In this document: piece by piece, positions 29,116 to 38,372 of the stretch | Numbering within the stretch: position 1 is the stretch's first letter | Layout: the number at the start of each line of letters is the position of its first letter | Translations under genes and position numbers: made by a program | Assembly: GCA_964057225.1 (NCBI GenBank) | Contig: OZ059900.1 | Coordinates: 9,610,001-9,674,000, forward strand | Reading direction: 5' to 3' | Source of the DNA: Auanema rhodensis | Lineage: Eukaryota > Animalia > Nematoda | DNA length: 64,000 nt | The notes under the pieces: generated by a model | Database searches by the model: none | Seen by the model: only the letters and a program-made list of their open reading frames with translations | Told to the model about the DNA's origin: nothing

Positions 29116-29314
29116 ATGACGAAAATTTTTATTTTTTATTTTTCTTTATTATTTTTATTATTTCTTTATTAGTTTTTTATTATTTTTTAATTTTTTCTTC
29201 ATTATTTCTCTGTTTTTTTCTATTTTCTGTTGTTTTCTCAAAAGTTTCAATTACTTAATAAATTCTTTAAGGTGATTCAATATCTTCTTGTTAGTGTATT
29301 CAATCTATCAGATA

Positions 29315-30430
29315 ATGAATAACACAGTTAGTCATTTCCCAAGTGTTCCTTCTGTTATTTCGTAAATTTTAAAGATTGTGTCCGACAGTGATGTTTCTAG
29401 TGACGAATCTAAAGATTTCTTAACAATTGAAGAGTTAAGGGAATGTTTAGAAGAACGAACTGAGGATTATACCACGATATGCAAAAAGAATGAAGACCTA
29501 CTACTTAACGAATTTTGGACAAAGCAGGAGATTTCCTTTTATATGAAAGAAATCAATCATCTCAAAGTTTGCAACAGATCGGAGAGAATAAGTCCGAGTG
29601 ATTTGCTACGTGAAAAGAATAAAATGTTGGAAATGGAATCATTGTGTGAAGATATGCTGAATGCAATGGATGTTGTATACGATGGATTGACTGCAAGCTC
29701 TATTGATATGGAAAGAGTTGGCAAAGTGATCACGCAAACGATTCGAGACCAGAATTGTAAGATTCTTTCTCTTAATAGTGATAAAAACCTGATATTTAAT
29801 CGTTGCACAGAAAAGGTTAGTTATAACATGATATTAACAATTAATCGTTATTTCTCAGAAATTTGCTGAAGATCCTGCAAGTAAGGTTACTAACAACGAT
29901 GTTTTCAATCTAATACAACAACTGGTGAGCATTTTTTTCACTTTTTCAATGAACTATTCATGGCTTTCAGAATGTTTTTGGATCCAGGAAGTTTAACAAG
30001 CATGTAATGACTATGAGAGAAATAGTGGTAACGATAATTCTGATGTTCTTTATCTATTTATGTAATCAATTTCAGTTATATAACAGTAAATACCCTGATC
30101 TTCAATTACGCGAAGTAAGCAGCTCTGTCTTTAACCGTATCAAGTACTTGGTAAATGAATAGTATCTATTAAATCCTACTAATACTTCTGTTCGCAGATG
30201 AACGGCAAATATTTTCCTCAGCCAATTGATGTTCAAAATTTGAACAAACCATATAGTCGCACAAGACTAGCACCCTATACTCGTTATGAAATGAGAGTAA
30301 TGGGAAGCATTGTATGTTTTTTCTCTAATATCTCTAGTTCTTCAATATTTTTCAGGTTTACAAAGACAACTTTTTGGAAGAGCCAGTTAACGCTCCGAGA
30401 AAGACATCAAGAGAAGGTTGCAGCAATTAA
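29315..30430 (+). CDS. 7-exon orphan gene with an acidic/coiled-coil N-terminal half; function unknown
   Basis: Exons 29315-29326, 29375-29815, 29859-29924, 29971-30027, 30076-30150, 30198-30296, 30356-30430, with all-phase-0 introns of 43-59 nt. Reads MNNT|IVSDSDVSS...|VYKDNFLEEPVNAPRKTSREGCSN*; AATAAA at ~30612. Confidence 0.8.
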
Positions 30431-31780
30431 TCTGCCACTTCGGTTTCATTCCGCTTTCGTAGAAATCTTTTTTTCATTAATAAATATGAATGATATATAT
30501 TTATTAATGTTTTGTAACATAATTTTGAGTTGTATCCTTGGGTCCTATTTTTATAGATGTGGGCAAAGTTTTTATGCTTTATTTTCCAATTTTTGTCTTG
30601 TATTTTAATGAATAAATTTTGATTATTTTATTATTTTGTTCTTCAAACTAAATGCTAACTGCGTTCATGCCTGTTTTATGCAAGCTCGGTATATCATTTC
30701 AACAGCTAGTTGAATTGCATCAAATTGTAAGAAACTTGGGTTTCAATTTGAATGTAATATATATATATAGTTTAAGGATAAACCAAGTCCTATTACTACA
30801 AGCTAAAATTCCAAATAATTTTGAATACTGATTTTGTTGTCTTGGAAGAGATATGAAGATCTATATATAGCCTAAGAGTTATTTGTTTATGAGGATTCGC
30901 AAATTTTCTTATCTCTATCTTCGTGTTTGAATCAATATATCTGATAATCGATAAATTACTCTTTAGACTGAATCAAAAATTAATTTCAAGGACTGTACTC
31001 CGCTCTTCCATTTATCGATTTCTCAAAATCATATTTGTTATATTTAGGAATAAAACAAAAAAAAAGTTTCCGGTTAGTTGGTAAACAGTATAGAAATGGA
31101 ATTCTCGTAAGTCTCAAAAGTCTTTCTTTCTCTCTCTCTCTCTCTCTCTCAATTACTCACTCTTGCTCTCTCTCTCTCTCTCTGTTATATTTTTCTTTTT
31201 TATTGAATGCTGTTAGGCTCAGCCTCTCCTTTAGCCATTTTTGTTGAAAATCTGAATAACTCAAATTTTAACAAGTAATCATGAACCTGACTATTGACAG
31301 TCATCTAGGATGACGTAAATGAGAGCAACTGACAATAAATTAACAAAAAAATTCAGTAATTCAGAATTGATTATCCTATTTATCTTCTGGCTTTTAATAT
31401 ACAACACTAATTTGACATAAGTTTAACTGTCTAATTGTCTAGACATCAGATTACAACCTATATATGTAATAATAATATTTTTCTGCATTTATTAACAAAA
31501 TGTTTATCAGATCAAGAGTGCAAGAACTCGTGAATGGGTGTCAGGAGTCAAAATTATTCCTTCAGCAAGAAATGGCATAGAGTAGGAAACTTGACATGAC
31601 GAGATTTTAACTCATGAATCGCGGTTTCATTGACACTTTATCAAATAATTAATTATTCTATCGCTCTATTCGGTTCCCCGATGGAAATAGTGTACGTAAT
31701 ACTAGGCATTTTTATAGTTTATCATGTATGTAGTATGAATTATCTTATTATATATTTTATATTTTATAGTTAATTCATAT

Positions 31781-31853
31781 AACATCTTAGTATAATGGTT
31801 GTATTTCAGTTATAGTAAGGTGCACTTGTAGGTTCAAATCCTACAGTGATATC
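31781..31853 (+). pseudogene. tRNA-like element in the left arm (mirror copy 34257-34329, -)
   Basis: A-box TAGTATAATGG, B-box GGTTCAAATCC, perfect T-arm GTAGG/CCTAC. Acceptor and anticodon stems do not pair. Confidence 0.55.
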
Positions 31854-32106
31854 AAAGAAAATATAAAATATCTCTCTCTCTCTAATATATAAATCTCTCT
31901 CTCTTTCTCTCTCTCTAAAATAGATAAATCTCTCTATAATCAGACACTTGGCCAAGTTACTACAGGAAAAACTTGAAGCTGCACTAATCATAATCATAAA
32001 CAAATTCTGAAACTCGTCTTACCCTCGACTCCATTGTTTCGAAAAGTTTTAGATTTCAGATACTCTTGTCACTCTTCTTATTTGCGATTAAAACATTAAT
32101 ATTATA

Positions 32107-32177
32107 AGCCAAATGGTGGAGTGGTCTGTATGGTAAACGCTTACAAGCCACTGTAAAGGTACGATCCTTTTCTGCGT
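32107..32177 (+). pseudogene. Second tRNA-like element in the left arm (mirror copy ~33933-34003, -)
   Basis: A-box-like TGGTGGAGTGG/TGGTCGAGGGG, B-box-like GGTACGATCC, T-arm AAAGG/CCTTT, followed by a T-run. Anticodon arm is non-canonical. Confidence 0.4.
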
Positions 32178-35100
32178 TTTTTATGAAAATCAATACCAAA
32201 TCGAAAATCCAAAAAACGCTCCGATGGATTTGGACCTCAAAAAGACCATTTTTTTGAATTCCAAAGCTTATAACTCTGTTCATAATCAATTTTCTTTCAA
32301 ATTTATTATTAAATCTCGAAGCCCAGCAATAGGCCCTCCTTTTCACAAAAATTCAAAGCTGTATCTCATCTCACTCAATAGTTATTCCTCCTCAAAACGA
32401 ACACAAATATTCAAAAACTTGACTTTAAAGGCCATTATCTCCTTTCTCCTTCAAGTTATCGAATTTTTTTCAACAGATTCTAAACCTACTCAACGAGATC
32501 TATCAGATGAACTACTTATATAGAAGTTTAAAGCTCTATGAAATTTTGAAAAATCAAGAATTTAGCCATTTTTCAGTTTGAGAAATAAAAAATTTGCATT
32601 TTCTTTGTTTTGAGTGATGAATCTGAAGCGGATTGAAACGCTGATTTCAAATATGAAAACCTTAACTTCCAATTTTCACTCTGAAAAGAGTTACGAGGCT
32701 TTAAACGTTTTGACTTTGAACATTCAGAAGGCTATATCTCCTTTCAGATAGCGTTTTAAAGACTCGTAAGTATCAGAATCGTTTTCTACGCCATTGTTTC
32801 ACCTTATGTAATCAGTTTCAAAGCGTTACCTCAATATTTTCAAATTTCGATCAAATTGTCCGATTCCATGTACTCCCCCCTTACCTACTTTTCGACCAAA
32901 ACTGGCCATCACTCAAAAGATATTTTCAGTTAAATCGATAATTATATGATATAATTAGAATCAAATTGATGTTTAGGAGAAAGAATAACATGAATACTCA
33001 TCTTCAAACTCTTGAATTCCTCAGTTGCATAATGGTAACTTAGATTCTACTTCATGAGGAATCAGAAATACTTCATGAGGAATCAGGATTAACAACTGAC
33101 AACTCTTCAGAAAAAGTTTGAGAATGTGTTTGATTTACATCATTTTGATTCTAATTATATCATATAATTATCGATTTAACTGAAAATATTTTTTGAGTGA
33201 TGGCCAATTTCGGTCAAAAAGTAGGTAAGGGGGGAGTACATGGAATCGGACAATTTGATCGAAAATTGAAAATATTGAGGTAACGCTTTGAAACTGATTA
33301 CATAAGGTGAAACAATGGCGTAGAAAACGATTCTGATACTTACGAGTCTTTAAAACGCTATCTGAAAGGAGATATAGCCTTCTGAATGTTCAAAGTCAAA
33401 ACGTTTAAAGCCTCGTAACTCTTTTCAGAGTGAAAATTGGAAGTTAAGGTTTTCATATTTGGAATCAGCGTTTCAATCCGCTTCAGATTCATCACTCAAA
33501 ACAAAGAAAATGCAAATTTTTTATTTCTCAAACTGAAAAATGGCTAAATTCTTGATTTTTCAAAATTTCAAAGAGCTTTAAACTTCTATATAAGTAGTTC
33601 ATCTGATAGATCTCGTTGAGTAGGTTTAGAATCTGTTGAAAAAAATTCGATAACTTGAAGGAGAAAGGAGATAATGGCCTTTAAAGTCAAGTTTTTGAAT
33701 ATTTGTGTTCGTTTTGAGGAGGAATAACTATTGAGTGAGATGAGATACAGCTTTGAATTTTTGTGAAAAGGAGGGCCTATTGCTGGGCTTCGAGATTTAA
33801 TAATAAATTTGAAAGGAAATCGATTTTGAACAGAGTTATAAGCTTTGGAATTCAAAAAAAATGGTTTTTTTGAGGTCCAAATCCATCGGAGCGTTTTTTG
33901 GATTTTCGATTTGGTATTGATTTTCATAAAAAACGCAGAAAGGGATCGTACCTTTACAGTGGCTTGTAAGCGTTTACCATACAGACCCCTCGACCATTTG
34001 GCTTATAATATTAATGTTTTAATCGCAAATAAGAAGAGTGACAAGAGTATCTGAAATCCAAAACTTTTCGAAACAATGGAGTCGAGGGTAAGACGAGTTT
34101 CAGAATTTGTTTATGATTATGATTAGTGCAGCTTCAAGTTTTTCCTGTAGTAACTTGGCCAAGTGTCTGATTATAGAGAGATTTATCTATTTTAGAGAGA
34201 GAGAAAGAGAGAGAGATTTATATATTAGAGAGAGAGAGATATTTTATATTTTCTTTGATATCACTGTAGGATTTGAACCTACAAGTGCACCTTACTATAA
34301 CTGAAATACAACCATTATACTAAGATGTTATATGAATTAACTATAAAATATAAAATATATAATAAGATAATTCATACTACATACATGATAAACTATAAAA
34401 ATGCCTAGTATTACGTACACTATTTCCATCGGGGAACCGAATAGAGCGATAGAATAATTAATTATTTGATAAAGTGTCAATGAAACCGCGATTCATGAGT
34501 TAAAATCTCGTCATGTCAAGTTTCCTACTCTATGCCATTTCTTGCTGAAGGAATAATTTTGACTCCTGACACCCATTCACGGGTTCTTGCACTCTTGATC
34601 TGATAAACATTTTGTTAATAAATGCAGAAAAATATTATTATTACATATATAGGTTGTAATCTGATGTCTAGACAATTAGACAGTTAAACTTATGTCAAAT
34701 TAGTGTTGTATATTAAAAGCCAGAAGATAAATAGGATAATCAATTCTGAATTACTGAATTTTTTTGTTAATTTATTGTCAGTTGCTCTCATTTACGTCAT
34801 CCTAGATGACTGTCAATAGTCAGGTTCATGATTACTTGTTAAAATTTGAGTTATTCAGATTTTCAACAAAAATGGCTAAAGGAGAGGCTGAGCCTAACAG
34901 CATTCAATAAAAAAGAAAAATATAACAGAGAGAGAGAGAGAGAGAGCAAGAGTGAGTAATTGAGAGAGAGAGAGAGAGAGAGAAAGAAAGACTTTTGAGA
35001 CTTACGAGAATTCCATTTCTATACTGTTTACCAACTAACCGGAAACTTTTTTTTTGTTTTATTCCTAAATATAACAAATATGATTTTGAGAAATCGATAA

Positions 35101-35617
35101 ATGGAAGAGCGGAGTACAGTCTACACTATTTCTCTATTAGTCTATTTGGACTTCCCGCTTCTTGGAACCATCGAAGATCCGAATTGAATGTCGACATTCA
35201 TGTTTGAATGAACTCTTAAATCAGATTCTTTTCATTTTCCTCACTAAATAGATAGTGAGAATTCAAAATTAGAATAATAGGGTCTTGAGAGACCCGTTTC
35301 ATTTAGTTTTTCTGCTTAAACGACTAGGTTGACCTGACATAGTTGTGCGCCGTATGCCACATGGGGGCAGATTACTTGTTCATTTTGAAAATATCCCTGA
35401 TTTGGAAGATTGTTGTGTAGGGTTAAAGAATTAAAAAACCAAACTTCTTTCGAATAGTTAGACCAAAACTACAAAACGAATAAACGGTGTTTGGATAGCC
35501 TTTCACATGTTTTGTTTGTAAAAATAAAAGAAAAACTATGAAAGATAACATGAAACATTTATTGAAAAACAAAACAATTTATGAAAATAAGAAAGAAAAA
35601 TCAATTTCAGCAATAAT

Positions 35618-36292
35618 CTAGATGTCTATTCCAAATTGGTAGAATCGTTGAAACATTGTTCGACTGAAAACAGATGATTACAACGAAAAAAAAAAAAAAA
35701 CTCACTGTTGCTGTGCCAAAAGTGTTTTCAACTTCCTGAAATGTTTTCGGTTTGCATCCAACTCTTCCAGAACACCGGCCGGAAGTGAAATACCACGTTC
35801 ACGGTGAAGTTCTACTTGTGTTTGGACAAATTTCATATAATTCGTCATGAAAATATGAAGTTTTCGGAATTCCAATTGTGTCATGTATGTGTGTCTTTCA
35901 TCTATACTTAAGGCGTTTGCTTTCACTTCGAGGAATCTTCTCATATTAGCCAAATTCTTCTTTAAGTCTAGTACTAACTCTGAGTTCATGTTGTACAGTT
36001 CGATCTCATGAATAAGCTGGTCTTCCAACATTGAAATTCTAGAATTCAGCTCTTCCATTCCTTTAGCCGAGTCAGGGTCAGTCTCCAAAATTGTATCCAC
36101 TTCATCAAAACGATCATATCTCTCTAATCGAATTCGTGTGATCTCTTTTTTACATTCAGCAATACGATCTTGAATGATTTTCTCATGAGCGTTGTCATGA
36201 TCACGAAAAATATCATAATCGCTATATAAGGGTGCCTCTACTTCCTATAATCAAGTGGAAACTAAGAAAATCAACCAATAATAGCTAACCAT
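35618..36292 (-). CDS. 3-exon orphan coiled-coil protein, paralogue of 46245-46791
   Basis: ATG-only exon 36290-36292, exon 35706-36244 (EVEAPLYSDYDIF...LEFRKLHIFMTNYMKFVQTQVELHRERGISLPAGVLEEL...), last exon 35618-35663; GT-AG introns of 45 and 42 nt. Confidence 0.8.
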
Positions 36293-36414
36293 ATCATATA
36301 ATTTATATTCAGGAAAAAAAGAAAAATAATTGAGAGTGATGAGAAGCAATTACCTAGAAAAACTAAAAATTTAATTCAAAAATTCAAAAAAATAAATCAA
36401 AAATATGCCAAAGA

Positions 36415-36487
36415 CGTTTGAATAATTGACAATAATAATCGAAAATCCCGCGTTATCAGTAGAGCGCATATGTGATTATCAATAACT
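36415..36487 (-). promoter_or_regulatory. Second copy of the CGCGGGAT / TTGTCAA / ATTCAAA upstream block
   Basis: Reverse complement GTTATTGATAATCACATATGCGCTCTACTGATAACGCGGGATT...TTGTCAA..ATTCAAAC aligns with 29030-29115. Confidence 0.55.
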
Positions 36488-36520
36488 AATTTCAGGAACT
36501 TTTTTTTGTGAAAACGAAAA

Positions 36521-36639
36521 AGCTTACGGCACCCGGGATTCCCAAGCCGTCTCCGATCCAAGTACTAACCGGGCCCAACGTTGCTTGACTTGCCAGATCG
36601 GACGGGATGGCGTACTTTCAACGTGGTATGGTCGTAAGC
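36521..36639 (-). rRNA. 5S rRNA gene, intact, 119 nt
   Basis: Reverse complement GCTTACGACCATACCACGTTGAAAGTACGCCATCCCGTCCGATCTGGCAAGTCAAGCAACGTTGGGCCCGGTTAGTACTTGGATCGGAGACGGCTTGGGAATCCCGGGTGCCGTAAGCT, followed by a T-run terminator. Confidence 0.97.
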
Positions 36640-36695
36640 GATTTCAATGTTTAGTTTTGCGCCTATAATTGTGAATTTTCTTAAAGGTCTCGCAG

Positions 36696-37112
36696 TGTTA
36701 CATACATATCTCAAAGGAAAGCAGCTGACCATGGCAGCTGCTATTATTAAACTAATGCAGATAGTTTTTAAGCAATTCTGAGAATATTCTAGATGCACTT
36801 TTTATAAGCTTTGTAACAATTTGTGTAAACTGAGTAGGAGTTGTATGGATATATAAACCTGAGTCCTCAAGACTCAGGCATCTCATTATCTCATTATCTT
36901 ACTTTCTCTTTATCTTCTTTATATTCTCTTTCTTAACTTTAGCTTTAATCTTGGTATAATTATATTATAATGCGAACAATAAACCTTTATATATTTCATC
37001 TTTTGTTTCTTATTTCACCTTACATTACACACTTATATTTAAAATCATACTCATCGTCTCATAGTCTGTTTGGATCTCTCAACTTGGAACCATTGAGAAT
37101 CTAAATGGAACG
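36696..37112 (+). repeat. 5' LTR (TG...CG ends; TATATAAA ~36850; hairpin 36858-36878; AATAAA 36978)
   Basis: Direct repeat of 44294-44710. Confidence 0.97.
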
Positions 37113-37130
37113 TGGAGGTTCCGCCGAGAT
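37113..37130 (+). other. Primer-binding site complementary to the 3' end of tRNA-Gln
   Basis: TGGAGGTTCCGCCGAGAT is the complement of ATCTCGG(C/T)GGAACCTCCA, the conserved eukaryotic tRNA-Gln 3' end. It directly abuts the LTR. Confidence 0.85.
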
Positions 37131-38372
37131 CCTTCCTTTTGGACAGGATCTCGTAAAGGAACTCAAGCGCTACCGTCTACATCTCTTATTCAATTAAAAA
37201 TCTTATCTCTCTCTTAAAGTTAGCTTATAATATTTTCTTAAAAAACTCTAAAACTTTTCTATTAAAAATTATATCCAAAAACTCTTTACAAAAACTCAGT
37301 TTCCATTCATTATATTCTCATAAATCATTTTCAATTATTCATAAGAGTACTTATATCATTTATCATTCTCTCTATCCAAAATCCTATATACGAAAATTAT
37401 TCAAATTCAATAATTAACTTTTCTAAGAATTATAAGTTTATTTTCACATTTTTTGAACAAAAATAGTTAAGTTCTCTATAAAATTAATTTAGAATTAAGA
37501 AATAAAAAAGAATATTGCTTCTATACCTCTCAATCTTAATCATCTTATCATCTTATCTGAATCTTCATCTTATCATACTATCTTAATCATCCTATCATAC
37601 CATATTTTCATTATTTTCTTTATGTTCGTTTATAAAACTATTATTCTCATGCTACTACACTGTATTCTCATAAACCCACCCCTTCCCCCCCCCCCCCCCG
37701 TAATTTCATAAACAAGAAATCCCGTGTTAAACACGACAGTAAAAATATTTATTAGGCGCAGCGTATCCAAATTCCGATTACCTTAGCACCTGAAAAAAAA
37801 AACGAAAAATAATTAAATTAATCAATAAGTTTTAACTCATACGCAAAAACCACCCCCCCTCGTTAAGAATAATGCCAGACACTCAAGAGACTCGAGCGGA
37901 GGCCGACACTCAGGATAAGACGTACGCCCCATGAAATAATTAGAGAATTTTTGAATTGAAATCTGCCCCACATTGATATAAATAATAAGAGTGGTCTCGC
38001 CATCATAGAGTCAGGGAGCAGGATGCAGAAGGCAGCTGACATACCTGTGACTCAGATAGGTTAATGAGGTCTGGGAAAATGGAATGATTGCGAAAATTCT
38101 ATTTTGTATCCTTGTCCCAAAAGACTGGCGAACTATTAACTTTCATTTCATGCCTTTTTCACAATATAGAACTTGTCCCTTCGAAAAGGCACACTAGTTT
38201 CAAACCTGTGTTAGACCCGGACGAGCTATATTGGTAAAGAGATTACTTGCAAGACTAGCTACCTTCATAAGAATCGCGCACACAAACCCAACATTATTCT
38301 TTACGTTTTTCTATATATAAAATTATTTTGGCACACGTTGGATATAACAAATTTCCTTACAGGATACCAACG

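Larger units (their letters stand above)
30991..35121. repeat. 4.1-kb near-perfect inverted repeat: arms 30991-32972 and 33137-35121, 164-bp spacer
   Basis: Arms are reverse complements (GACTGTACTCCGCTC... / ...GAGCGGAGTACAGTC); mirrored ORFs appear in the track (31806-32003 vs 34107-34304). No transposase and no clear TSD. Confidence 0.97.

Noticed and set aside
31806-34304. Mirrored ORFs in the palindrome as transposase or genes
   Set aside because: No DDE or other motifs, they include microsatellite translation, and they mirror only because of the inverted repeat.
36565-36798. 77-aa ORF
   Set aside because: Spans the 5S gene and the LTR junction; spurious.
15972-38080. Shared 13-mer AGGTCTGGGAAAA at ~15972 and ~38067
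   Set aside because: No extension on either side; compatible with chance.
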